NCBI GenBank assembly: GCA_937996665.1
Contig: CALKUU010000263.1
Location: 1,337 to 65,336, forward strand
From: an uncultured Xenococcaceae cyanobacterium
Lineage (GTDB): Bacteria > Cyanobacteriota > Cyanobacteriia > Cyanobacteriales > Xenococcaceae
Direction: 5' to 3'
Length of the DNA stretch: 64,000 nt
Part shown: positions 50,467-60,582 of the stretch, one piece after another
Layout of the letters: each line of letters begins with the position of its first letter
Position numbering within the stretch: the stretch's first letter is position 1
Notes under the pieces: generated by a model
The model's database searches: none
What the model was told of the DNA's origin: nothing
What the model saw: the letters and a program-made list of their open reading frames with translations, nothing else
Translations under genes and position numbers: made by a program

Positions 50467-51705
50467 GTGTTGCTTATTGATACAGATATATATATGTCTC
50501 GTAATTTAGAAAAAAATTTTTATTTAGAGCTAAAAAAAAGAAAACAGCAGCGGAAAGATAAGTTAGCTTCTCAGATTCCATTTCGCCTACGTGCTTTCTT
50601 TTCTCGACTCAAACGAATTCAACCTAGATATTTATTTGGGCTAACACTACTATTTATCGCGATCGCTCATCAATATAATCTAAACTTCATCACTAACCCA
50701 TTTCATAGTTTAGTTACTAACTGGCGTTATCAACCCGCTCCCCCTATTTCTCAATCACCTTGGTCTTGGCAAGATCATAATCAGCTTCATCCTTTGATTG
50801 CCAACATTAATCCTCAGACAGAAAAAAGTATTAAATCGGTTGCTGACTATATTGCCAGCAACGAATCAGATCCTTATTTACGAGTTAAAGCAGCACATGA
50901 CTATGTCATCAGTAGAGTTGATTATGATCTTGATGTCTTGACCACTAGTCGTCGTCCAGCACAAGATGCACTTACGGTTTTTAAGACTCATAAAGCAGTT
51001 TGTGAAGGTTATGCCAGACTTTTTAAGGCTTTAAATCAAGCAATGGGTTCGGAAGCAGTTTATGTAAGAGGAAGGGTTCGCCGCGATCTTGCGCCGATTG
51101 ATTTAATTCCTGCTAATTTAAGACTGGGTACCTCAAGATATGATTGGACGCTTCACGCCTGGAATGCTGTCAAAGTAAATGATAGCTGGCAATTAGTCGA
51201 TCCAACTTGGGACGATAATAAGCAGAACAAATATAGTGCTGATTATTTAATGATCTCGCCAGAAGCGATGATTTCTAGTCATCTTCCTGATCTTGCTAGT
51301 TGGCAACTTCTAGTGAAAACTATCAGCCCAAAAAACTTTGAAAAAGCGCCAATTCTGCAACCACAATTTTTTGCTCAAAATTTAAACCTAATTTCTCCCC
51401 AAGAATATGAAACCGATGTTGAAAATTCTGCTCTAATCAAGATCCAAAAGCCTGACAATTATCAATCAGAGATTACTGCTTTTGCTACTCCTATTGCTAA
51501 AGAGAGTTTTTTGGCGATCGATTTGTTTAAGAAGGATCAAAAGAAGTCGGCAAGAGAGAACAATTTCCGTCGGTGTAGTAGCGTTAACCAAGGTTCAGGA
51601 AAGGTGGAGATATCTTGTGATTTTCCACAGCCAGGAAAATATAGAGTGTTGTTATTCAGCGAGGGTGAGGATTCGACCATGTTAGGAGAACTAAAATTTA
51701 GCTAA
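50467..51705 (+). CDS. Transglutaminase-like domain protein (true start may be the ATG at 50494)
   Basis: Catalytic triad AVCEGYA (C), HAWN (H), LVDPTW (D); N-terminal TM helix. Confidence 0.85.
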   Translation: MLLIDTDIYMSRNLEKNFYLELKKRKQQRKDKLASQIPFRLRAFFSRLKRIQPRYLFGLTLLFIAIAHQYNLNFITNPFHSLVTNWRYQPAPPISQSPWSWQDHNQLHPLIANINPQTEKSIKSVADYIASNESDPYLRVKAAHDYVISRVDYDLDVLTTSRRPAQDALTVFKTHKAVCEGYARLFKALNQAMGSEAVYVRGRVRRDLAPIDLIPANLRLGTSRYDWTLHAWNAVKVNDSWQLVDPTWDDNKQNKYSADYLMISPEAMISSHLPDLASWQLLVKTISPKNFEKAPILQPQFFAQNLNLISPQEYETDVENSALIKIQKPDNYQSEITAFATPIAKESFLAIDLFKKDQKKSARENNFRRCSSVNQGSGKVEISCDFPQPGKYRVLLFSEGEDSTMLGELKFS

Positions 51706-51781
51706 CTGAGATAAAAGAGATGGGCTACTATCAATAAGCAATTATCCGTAAGGTGAGAAATCCTCTACATATTAGAAATTC

Positions 51782-53332
51782 GTGGACATTGAAAAATTAA
51801 GAAAGCAAGCTGGAGATGAAAATACGGCACCAGAAATACTCACGAAATTAGCCAAATCCAAAGATCTCAAAATTGGTCAAATAATTGCCAAACATAAAAA
51901 CACTCCGTCTAAGGCATTAGAGCAATTAGCCGTTAATCAATATCATCCAAAACAGCCAGCAGATTTTTACTACAGGATTATCAAACATCCTAATATTTCC
52001 CCTAAAATCCTAGATTTAATTATTCGTAACTGCCAATATAGTTCGGTTCGTCAATTAGTGTTGAAGCATCCAGGTACTTCCCTGACTACCCTAGAAAGAT
52101 TTATGTTTTTTTGGGATTTTATAGTATTGTTTAACGACTTTATGAGTGATCGCGATAACTATAAGTTATTAAGAAGCCATCCCAATGTTTCTTCAGATGT
52201 CATTAAAGTTGTTGATTTTATTAAACTCGATCAAAATCTTCCTTATGGCGACCAGAATATCTCTCAAGGTATTTTAGATGAACTATCTCAATATGTACCT
52301 AGTTCAATTGGCGATTCTATATTCCAACTCCCCACGCGAAGGTTTACTGCTTTAGATGAGGTAAAAGACAAAATCCCTCAGGTAATTAGAGATAATCCGC
52401 TTATGAACTTGTTATTAGTTCATAATCCTGCAAGTAAATTTGTTCAATTAGCTTTAGCTAAAAATCCTCAAACACCAATAGAAATATTAAAAATTTTAGT
52501 AGAATCTGAAGATCATGAAGTATTGACTATATTGGCAAACAATTCCGATACGCCTAATCTAATTTTGGAAAAACTATTTAATTTTGATAATAGTATTATT
52601 AATGGCTTTATAGCTAAGAATCCTAATACTTCTGGAGAAATTCTAACTAAGCTGGCTGATAAAAACACCGACATCTGGATTTTAGAAAGAGTAGCTCAAA
52701 ATTCTAATACTCCACAGAAAGTCATAGATTGGTTGAAAAAAAGCGATTCCTATAAAATTCGTACTGCGATCGCCAAAAATCCTCAAATCTCAGAAACAAC
52801 AGCATTATTCTTAATTCAAGATTCCTCTCGTAAGGTGAGAAAATATTTAGCCACAAATCCTAATATTGCGCTTAAAATCCTTCAAATATTAGCTAAAGAT
52901 CGAAGTCCCTATGTCCAAGTTGGAGTAGCTCAAAACCCTAATACTCCGCCAGAAATATTAGCCAACTTAGCTACCAGTAAAAACTGTAAAGTACGTCGCG
53001 GAGTTGCGAAAAATTCTCAGGCAACCTTAGAAACATTAAAGCAATTACAACAAGATGAAGATCGACTAGTTCTTGCTAAATTAGCAAATAACCCTAATAT
53101 TTCTTTGAACATTGCGGAGTATTTATCGGGGAAGAGGATCGCTTTTGTTCGTCAAGAACTAGTTAAGAATTCTCAAGTTTCTGCAATAGTTTTAGATAAG
53201 CTAAAAGGTGACCATAACAAAAAAGTCCTTCAGTATCTGGTGAATAACCCGAATACTTCGCTCACTACATTAAAACAACTTTCAACTCATAAAAAGAAAT
53301 CCATTGCCAAGGAGGCAAGAAAGAAATTGTGA
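51782..53332 (+). CDS. LRV/HEAT-like helical repeat protein
   Basis: Many ~24-aa VRxxVAxNPNTPxxILxxLA repeats. Confidence 0.8.
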   Translation: MDIEKLRKQAGDENTAPEILTKLAKSKDLKIGQIIAKHKNTPSKALEQLAVNQYHPKQPADFYYRIIKHPNISPKILDLIIRNCQYSSVRQLVLKHPGTSLTTLERFMFFWDFIVLFNDFMSDRDNYKLLRSHPNVSSDVIKVVDFIKLDQNLPYGDQNISQGILDELSQYVPSSIGDSIFQLPTRRFTALDEVKDKIPQVIRDNPLMNLLLVHNPASKFVQLALAKNPQTPIEILKILVESEDHEVLTILANNSDTPNLILEKLFNFDNSIINGFIAKNPNTSGEILTKLADKNTDIWILERVAQNSNTPQKVIDWLKKSDSYKIRTAIAKNPQISETTALFLIQDSSRKVRKYLATNPNIALKILQILAKDRSPYVQVGVAQNPNTPPEILANLATSKNCKVRRGVAKNSQATLETLKQLQQDEDRLVLAKLANNPNISLNIAEYLSGKRIAFVRQELVKNSQVSAIVLDKLKGDHNKKVLQYLVNNPNTSLTTLKQLSTHKKKSIAKEARKKL

Positions 53333-53406
53333 GCTTGTTCTTTATTCCGTCACTAAATTTCTAAACTTCATAGGCAGGAATTAGCCTGAATTCAAAATTA
53401 TTTTGA

Positions 53407-54294
53407 TTAGGAGTTATTTTGTTCAAATTCTTTTTGGCGCTGACGATTAATTTGGCGCTCTATTTTTTCGGGAGTCAGATCTTCATAGCAATAAGGACAA
53501 GAAATCATATCCTTGTATTGAGGTGAATTTTTGTCGGCTTCGGTAATCGGATGTCCGCAAGCAAAGCACATATCATAAGTGCCAATTTCTAAACCCTCTT
53601 TAACTGTTACCCGCTTATCAAAAACAAAACATTCGCCATCCCACAGGCTTTCCTCGGCAGGAACTTCTTCTAGATATTTAAGAATTCCACCTTTGAGGTG
53701 ATAGACTTCCTCAAACCCTTGAGAAAGTAGGTAAGAAGAAGCTTTTTCGCAGCGAATTCCTCCTGTACAGAACATTGCTACTTTAGGATGTTGTTTAGGG
53801 TTTATATTTTGAGCAATATATTCAGGGAAATCTCGAAAGGATTCGGTTTCAGGGTTAATCGCTCTTTGAAATGTGCCAATTTCAACCTCATATTGATTGC
53901 GAGTATCGATAACTGTGATCTCAGGATCACTGATAATCTGATTCCAATCTTGGGGTCGGACATATGTCCCTACTTTTTGATTGGGATCTACTTCTGGCTT
54001 GCCAAGGGTGACAATTTCTTTTTTGAGTCGTACCTTTAAGCGTGTAAAAGGGAGCTTGTCGGCATTTGATTCTTTATGCTCTAAGTCTGCAAAGGATTCG
54101 AGCGATCGCAGATAACCCAAAATATTATCTATTCCCTGACGTGTTCCTGCAATGGTGCCATTGATTCCTTCTGCTGCTAAGAGAACAGTCCCTTTAATTT
54201 CTTGTGATTTACATTCGGCTAAAATCGGTTGACGTAAATCTTGAAACTTGGGTAGCGCAACGAATTTATAGAAGGTAGCAACGATATACGACAT
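53407..54294 (-). CDS. trhO: Rhodanese-related tRNA uridine(34) hydroxylase
   Basis: [49 protein letters not shown]. Confidence 0.9.
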   Translation of the reverse strand: MSYIVATFYKFVALPKFQDLRQPILAECKSQEIKGTVLLAAEGINGTIAGTRQGIDNILGYLRSLESFADLEHKESNADKLPFTRLKVRLKKEIVTLGKPEVDPNQKVGTYVRPQDWNQIISDPEITVIDTRNQYEVEIGTFQRAINPETESFRDFPEYIAQNINPKQHPKVAMFCTGGIRCEKASSYLLSQGFEEVYHLKGGILKYLEEVPAEESLWDGECFVFDKRVTVKEGLEIGTYDMCFACGHPITEADKNSPQYKDMISCPYCYEDLTPEKIERQINRQRQKEFEQNNS

Positions 54295-54373
54295 TTTTTG
54301 ACTTGGGACAATTGGTAATTATTATAGATTCTTTAGTTACGTTCTCTTTCGTCAACTTAAATTCTGACAAACT

Positions 54374-55156
54374 TTATTCTGATGGGGGAAATTTCTGGTT
54401 AGCCACATCTTGAGCGAATTCTTGAACTGTATTCGTAATTATTTCTCGTAAATTAACATAGGCTTTGGCAAAGGGCGGAACCCGATCTGATAAGCCCAGT
54501 AAGTCCGAAGTGACCAAGACTTGACCGTCACATTCTACCCCAGCTCCGATTCCGATCGTTGGAATGTTAACTGCATCAGTTATTATGGCGGCAATTTTAG
54601 TCGGAAGGTGTTCTAATACTATGGCAAATGCTCCAGCCTCAGCTAAAGCGATCGCTTCATTAATAATTCGTTCTGCTTCTTTCGGGGTTTTTCCCTGTTG
54701 TTTATAACCCAAAATATTTACTGATTGTGGAGTTAAACCCACATGTCCCATAACAGGAACCCCAATCAAGGTAAGTTCCTTAACCAATTCAATTATTCGC
54801 GGATGACCTCCTTCGAGCTTGACCGCAGTTACCCCAGTTTCTTTGAGAATTCGACCAGCACTTTCAATTCCTTGCGCAAGACTTTGTTGATAACTCAAAA
54901 AAGGTAAATCACAAACCGTTAAAGCTCTTTTTACTCCGCGCTTAACCGCCTTTGCATGGTGAATCATTTCCTCAAGAGTTACTGGCAGGGTTGAACTATG
55001 ACCCAGTGCCACCATAGCCAGAGAGTCTCCGACCAAAATGATATCTACCTCCGCCTCATCCAAAACTTTTGCCAAACTATAGTCCCAGGCAGTTAGAGAG
55101 ATGATTGAGCGTTGTTGCTGTTTCCATTTAAGTAACTGTTGTATTGTTATTGCCAT
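54374..55156 (-). CDS. panB: 3-methyl-2-oxobutanoate hydroxymethyltransferase
   Basis: [37 protein letters not shown]. Confidence 0.97.
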   Translation of the reverse strand: MAITIQQLLKWKQQQRSIISLTAWDYSLAKVLDEAEVDIILVGDSLAMVALGHSSTLPVTLEEMIHHAKAVKRGVKRALTVCDLPFLSYQQSLAQGIESAGRILKETGVTAVKLEGGHPRIIELVKELTLIGVPVMGHVGLTPQSVNILGYKQQGKTPKEAERIINEAIALAEAGAFAIVLEHLPTKIAAIITDAVNIPTIGIGAGVECDGQVLVTSDLLGLSDRVPPFAKAYVNLREIITNTVQEFAQDVANQKFPPSE

Positions 55157-55381
55157 TTAACTTTTCGGGAGATTTTATGAGGATGAATTGCCTCATTGTA
55201 AAAATTTTTTGCTGAGATTGAATTTTGAAGTAATTTGATTTGTTGATTTTTGACTTTGGCAATAGGTTTTCTTACTTATTTAAATAGTTAAATAAAGAAA
55301 AATAAAAGTTACTAAAGCCTATATTTTTTGGTGATCTTCGTATAATGGACAGGTTAACTAAGCTGCCAGGATCTGTTCAGA

Positions 55382-56332
55382 ATGAGCCCTGTAAAAACTT
55401 TAGCTAAATCTCAACTAAATACATCTTTGGCTAAACCTTTTTTAAAATGGGTCGGTGGTAAGTCTCAATTAAGAGAGCAGTTTTCTTCTTTGTACCCGAC
55501 ACAATTGAAGACAGGGGAAATTAAAAAATATTTTGAGCTTTGCACCGGAGGAGGAGCAATATTTTTTGATGTTATTCAAAAGTTTGATCTAAATCAGATA
55601 TTCCTTAATGATGTCAATCAAGATTTGATTCTTGCCTATCGGGTAATCCAGTGTCATCCTTGGGAATTAATTGCTGAACTAGTTCACTTAAAAGAAAAAT
55701 TATTTCAACTTGAGATTGAGCAAAGATCTGAGCTTTTTTACCAAATTAGAAAAGAGTATAATCAGCAGCGGATTAATTTTGATTATCAAAAGCTATCGAC
55801 AGAAGCGATTAAAAGAGTAGCTTGGTTGATCTTTATTAATAAAACTTGCTTCAATGGCTTATATAGAACCAACAAGAAAGGTGATTTTAATGCACCTTTT
55901 GGGAGATATAAAAACCCGAAAATTTGCGATCAGGAAAATCTTCTCAGAGTTTCTGAAATATTGCAGGGGGTGACTCTCGTTTCTGGTAGTTATCGCAGTT
56001 TAGATAAATTTATTGATTGTCAGTCCTTTATATATATAGATCCTCCCTATCGTCCTATTACAAAGACCGCTAATTTTACTGCTTATGCCAAGTCAAGATT
56101 TAATGATGCTAGCCAAGTCGAACTAAGTCATTACTATGCTCATTTAAGTGAAGACTATGGGGCAAAGGTGATGCTGAGTAATTCTAATCCTCATAATAGC
56201 GATCCTGTCGACGATTTTTTTCACGACCTTTATTGCGACTATAAAATTAGCGAAGTGTATGCAACTCGCATGATTAATAGCGATGCTAGTAAAAGAGGCA
56301 AAATTACTGAACTAGTAATTACTAATTATTAG
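55382..56332 (+). CDS. Dam/DpnM-family DNA adenine methyltransferase (orphan)
   Basis: KPFLKWVGGKSQL, NKTCFNGLYRTN, FNAPFG, YIDPPY, MLSNS, ELVITNY; no adjacent endonuclease. Confidence 0.88.
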   Translation: MSPVKTLAKSQLNTSLAKPFLKWVGGKSQLREQFSSLYPTQLKTGEIKKYFELCTGGGAIFFDVIQKFDLNQIFLNDVNQDLILAYRVIQCHPWELIAELVHLKEKLFQLEIEQRSELFYQIRKEYNQQRINFDYQKLSTEAIKRVAWLIFINKTCFNGLYRTNKKGDFNAPFGRYKNPKICDQENLLRVSEILQGVTLVSGSYRSLDKFIDCQSFIYIDPPYRPITKTANFTAYAKSRFNDASQVELSHYYAHLSEDYGAKVMLSNSNPHNSDPVDDFFHDLYCDYKISEVYATRMINSDASKRGKITELVITNY

Positions 56333-56467
56333 GTTTCTGGATCGTTTCGGTTTAGGTTGTTTCAAAGGTTATGGATTAAAAAAATAGGGCGATCGCCTTG
56401 AATCTTTATCTCTATCTTGGCTCTCTAAAAATAATTCTCAAAATAATGTAGTGTCCTCAAGAATCTA

Positions 56468-57343
56468 ATGTCTTTGAAGAAAACGACTCTGACCATTATT
56501 AAGTTAATGGTGCTGACTCCTCTGCTTTTTTATACTTGGCGATTAGCTCTCCGTCCTCTTCGCAAAGATAGTGAACAAACTTTAGCCCCTGGAGTTCATT
56601 ATCAAAAGAAAATCTATTCCCAACCTAGACCCTACATAGTTCATACCGTAGAAATTGATCTGGTTAAATCTCAAGCCAAACCCTTAGTCACTCCTGCGGG
56701 AGTTAATGGAGAAAGTAGTCTCCATAAGGCAATGTTGACCTCTAGCTTTGTTCGTAAATTCAATTTGGAGTTAGGGATAAATGGTAGTTTCTTCTATCCT
56801 TTCTACTCAAAGACTCCTTGGGAATTCTATCCGAGAAAAGCAGATGAAGTTAATGCCCTAGGCGAAAGTGTTGCTGATGGTCAGCGTTACGGCAAAGAAG
56901 AGCATAAATGGAATGTTATCTGTTTTGATCAACTGCAAAGAGTGCAGATTCCTCTGCTTAGCAAATGTCCTCAGCAGACTCCTCAGGGAATTGCTGGTTT
57001 TCAAATTTTAGTTAAAGATGGCAATTCTACTGTTGAAGATCAAGAATCCCCCTCTTATCCCCGAACTGCGATCGGGATAAATCGCCAAGGGAATAAACTT
57101 TGGTTGATTGTCGTTGATGGGAAACAACCTTTTTATAGTGAGGGGGTTACTATTTCTGAGTTGGCTAAAATCGCTGTAAATTTGGGTTGCGATCGCGCCT
57201 TAAATTTAGATGGTGGTGGTTCTACCACCTTGGTCGCTAAGCGCAAGGATCGGGTACAAGTGCTTAACTCTCCAATTCATTCCAGAATACCTATGAGAGA
57301 AAGATTTGTTGCTAATCATCTTGGTTTCGATCTAAATCCCTAA
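56468..57343 (+). CDS. Phosphodiester glycosidase (NAGPA-like) family protein
   Basis: INGSFF, YPRTAIG, VVDGKQ, ALNLDGGGSTTL. Confidence 0.9.
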   Translation: MSLKKTTLTIIKLMVLTPLLFYTWRLALRPLRKDSEQTLAPGVHYQKKIYSQPRPYIVHTVEIDLVKSQAKPLVTPAGVNGESSLHKAMLTSSFVRKFNLELGINGSFFYPFYSKTPWEFYPRKADEVNALGESVADGQRYGKEEHKWNVICFDQLQRVQIPLLSKCPQQTPQGIAGFQILVKDGNSTVEDQESPSYPRTAIGINRQGNKLWLIVVDGKQPFYSEGVTISELAKIAVNLGCDRALNLDGGGSTTLVAKRKDRVQVLNSPIHSRIPMRERFVANHLGFDLNP

Positions 57344-57769
57344 GGAAATACCTTAATCATGAGTAGAAATATCTATTCTTTTAACGGTTCGCTATTGAAC
57401 TATCTGTTTGAATTTAAGGAAGATAGTCACCCTTTGCAAAACTATTTTTTTTGTTTGTTATTTTCTCATCTAATTATTATTTGTTTTTTATCTAAAAACA
57501 GTCATTTTCTCAGCTTTTTCTCAGCTAAAAATCATGAAAAAATAAGATTGCCTGTGAGATTTAAATAACTCTTGATTGCTATTGTTATTTCATTTATTCT
57601 TTTTGCTGAATTTTTATCATTAATTGGTTGATTGCACGCTGTATTTTTTAGGTAAAATTAAGTTTATTTTGTTGTTAAAGAAGTCGGTAGGAAATCTCTC
57701 TATTTCTTGTTTAACAAGGATCTTGTTTGCCAATAGATAAAGATTAATGATTTATTTATGGGAAAATGA

Positions 57770-57887
57770 TCACTCTATTTATCAGTATTAGATCACTGAA
57801 TAACTTGTTCTTAATTACGGTTGGAATAAGTCTATAATCACTAATTTTTTGCTCTAATAATCACAATTTAAAGCAACATTAAATCAC
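57770..57887 (+). promoter_or_regulatory. Phased TCAC array (22-23 bp period) upstream of lyase copy 1
   Basis: TCAC at 57770, 57793, 57838, 57861, 57884; TTAC at 57815. Confidence 0.65.
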
Positions 57888-57967
57888 CGTAAAGTTATTG
57901 TGAAACTTTTATAAAAGTAACAAGTTAATTAAAGAAAACTTCACACGTTACTAATTAAAAGTTATTT

Positions 57968-59698
57968 ATGAGTACTCCGGTTAGCAATTCAAGTCTTTTT
58001 ACAAACGCGACTATTACTAATAGTTGGAATGGTGGTTATCGATTGGAAGTTGATATCTCCTCCGATGCTTCTGCTGAAGATTGGGAATTAAATTTTGACC
58101 TTCCATACACAATTAGAGGTGCATTCGGTGGCGTAGATTTAGTTGAAAATGGCAATGGTAGCTACAGTATTAGTGGTAATAACGCTAGAAGAAGAGATTT
58201 AGACCCCGGTGAAACGGCTAGAGCTGTATTTATCATTGATGATTTGGGTGGCGATGACATTATTCCTGAATTTAATATCTCTCCTGTTGATAGCAGTGCA
58301 GCACCTTTAACTAGTAGTGCTACAGCAGTAACAAGCTCTTTGCAGGCAGAAGATATTGTCTCAAATGCAGCAACCTCAAGTAGTCCAACTCCAGCTTCTA
58401 GCTCCACAGATACAATTACCCAGGATGTAGATACCTCAACTGATATCACTACCGAGTCATCTGATAGTTCTGTTTCCGCTTCTTCCCGTATTACTAATGA
58501 TTGGAATGGTGGCTACAGAATTGAAGTAGATATTTCCGCAGAATCAGCCGCTAGTGACTGGACATTAGATTTTGATTTTCCTTATCAAATTAGAAATGCT
58601 TTTGGAGTTGATCTAACTGATAACGGTAACGGAACCTACTCTATTAGCGGACAACGTAGTGGTCAGGATCTAAGTGCAGGTGAATCAACTAGAGCAGTAT
58701 TTATTATTGACGATGGTGGTAATAGCGCTATTGACCCTACTTTTGGTGGTGGTTCAAGCTCTGCCCCTACGGTTGCTGCTTCTCCAGTAAGCACTTCTTC
58801 TGCAAGTCCCTCACCTTCTGTAAGTACTACTCCTACAGGAAGTACACCACTTATTCCGGTTGCACAGACTCCTTTGGCAGTTGCTCAATCACCTCTAACT
58901 CAGGGTCAAGATCAGGATTTGTCTGATCAAAATCTTAGTTCTAGTGCTATTACCGTCGGATTTGAAGACCATGCTGCTGGAATTAGATATACTCAGGCAG
59001 TTCAAAGACAAGACTGGACGAATGTTCGTTTCTCTACCAATGGCATGAATGAACTTTCCCAAATCTCGAATAGATTTGCTCGTTCGGGGAATCAATCTTT
59101 GAGAATTACCTACCCTGCATCCGAGTCTAGCGGTCGGAATGCTGCGTGGATAGTTCCTGAAGAAAGAGAATACTATCTATCTTATTGGGTAAGACTAGAC
59201 GAAAACTTTGACTTTGATGGAGATAGATTTAGTGGTGGTAAGTTACCTGGACTAGGTTCTGGTGATTTATGTTCTGGTGGTCAAACCTGTGATGGCACCA
59301 ATGGATTTACATCTCGTCCACACTGGCGTGAAAATGGTAGAGCGGTTCTTTATCTATATCACCAAGATAAGCCTGGACAATTTGGTGAAGATATTCAGCT
59401 TGTTGGTCAAGACGGAGAAGATATTTTCTTCGAGCGTGGTAGATGGACAAATATTACTCAACGCGTAAGAATCAACGACCAAGGTCAGGCTAATGGTGAG
59501 GTAGATGTTTACTATGATGGCGAACATGTACTCTCTAGAGATGGGATCCGCTTTGCTAGTGATGGTTCTGGAATTGATACCGCTTACTTTAGTACTTTCC
59601 ATGGTGGAAGTGGTCCTGGTTGGACTCCTGGACAAGATACTAACGCTTACTTCGATGATTTCATTGTTTCCACTAATGCCGCTGATGTCGGTCTCTAA
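57968..59698 (+). CDS. CBM2-like x2, Ser/Thr/Pro linker, PL14-like polysaccharide lyase (copy 1)
   Basis: Two NxWNGGYxxEVDI...WxLxF...GE domains; catalytic domain FDF...GGKLPGL...GFTSRPHWR...GRWTNI...FSTFHGG. Confidence 0.75.
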   Translation: MSTPVSNSSLFTNATITNSWNGGYRLEVDISSDASAEDWELNFDLPYTIRGAFGGVDLVENGNGSYSISGNNARRRDLDPGETARAVFIIDDLGGDDIIPEFNISPVDSSAAPLTSSATAVTSSLQAEDIVSNAATSSSPTPASSSTDTITQDVDTSTDITTESSDSSVSASSRITNDWNGGYRIEVDISAESAASDWTLDFDFPYQIRNAFGVDLTDNGNGTYSISGQRSGQDLSAGESTRAVFIIDDGGNSAIDPTFGGGSSSAPTVAASPVSTSSASPSPSVSTTPTGSTPLIPVAQTPLAVAQSPLTQGQDQDLSDQNLSSSAITVGFEDHAAGIRYTQAVQRQDWTNVRFSTNGMNELSQISNRFARSGNQSLRITYPASESSGRNAAWIVPEEREYYLSYWVRLDENFDFDGDRFSGGKLPGLGSGDLCSGGQTCDGTNGFTSRPHWRENGRAVLYLYHQDKPGQFGEDIQLVGQDGEDIFFERGRWTNITQRVRINDQGQANGEVDVYYDGEHVLSRDGIRFASDGSGIDTAYFSTFHGGSGPGWTPGQDTNAYFDDFIVSTNAADVGL

Positions 59699-59976
59699 TT
59701 TTCACATCAAGAAAGAAGTTAATTTAGTAGAGAGTAACTACTTTCAATTTGAGAGAGCCTATACCGAGTTTTAAAAAATTCAATGGAATAAAACATCGCT
59801 TAACTCTCTAATCGTCTGCTTTTAGACTTATTTTAAAATAAAGACTAGCGATCGCAGTTGTCGTTATAGTCAATGAACAAGGTTTACTCGGTATTTATCA
59901 AGTTATTAGATATAGAGGGAATGTAGATTGGAATTCTCTCCCTCTATTGCAACTAATGAGTAGTCCAGACTAAAAG

Positions 59977-60082
59977 TTATTCGGTATAGACTTCTTGTTT
60001 GTAATTTTTGAGAAAAACATCTGCAAGTCGTCTTAGAGTAACCTCCCCTACTAATGCTAATTAGTGATTTTGCAATAAATGC
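59977..60082 (-). pseudogene. Remnant of the 3' end of the GT2 gene
   Basis: Aligns to 62596-62703, including the stop context AAAAGTTATTCGGTATA and a 33-bp identical block (60050-60082 = 62671-62703). Confidence 0.8.
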
Positions 60083-60203
60083 ATATATACCCTCGATAGG
60101 TTTTAGCTTCTTCTCTATATCTAATGAGCTAACTTGCTCTGATTGATAAATGATTTTGGTTGTAATACGTTGTGATTTAAGTCAGTTTTTTTTACTGTTC
60201 TTG

Positions 60204-60502
60204 TCACTTGCAAACTAGTTTGAAATCACTTTTTTGTCTGATTTTAAATACTCATGAAGTCGAACATTGATCACTATTTTAATATTTGTTCTGTCACTAT
60301 TTAATTGAGTTTTTAATCACAAAAAAAAGAGATGTTGATTACTTCTTTCGAGAGACTTGTCGCACATCAAGAATGAGATTGCAATCATTATCTCTATTGC
60401 TTGCTGTCACTGCATTTCTGCTTTTCAAATCACGATTAAAATAAGCTTTTGGTCACCTTTATTTTGTCTTGATAATCACAACTTGAAACAACATCAAATC
60501 AC
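60204..60502 (+). promoter_or_regulatory. Phased TCAC array (22-23 bp period) upstream of lyase copy 2
   Basis: Exact TCAC at 60204, 60226, 60271, 60294, 60317, 60407, 60430, 60453, 60476, 60499; in-phase variants at 60248, 60339, 60362, 60385. Confidence 0.8.
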
Positions 60503-60582
60503 CGTAAAGTTATCGTAAAACTTTTATAAAGGTAATAAGTTAATGAAAGAAAAATTCACAAGTTACTAATTAAAAGTTATTT

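Noticed and set aside
60204-60502. CRISPR interpretation of the phased array
   Set aside because: The conserved part is only 4 nt, the period is 23 bp and no cas genes are present.
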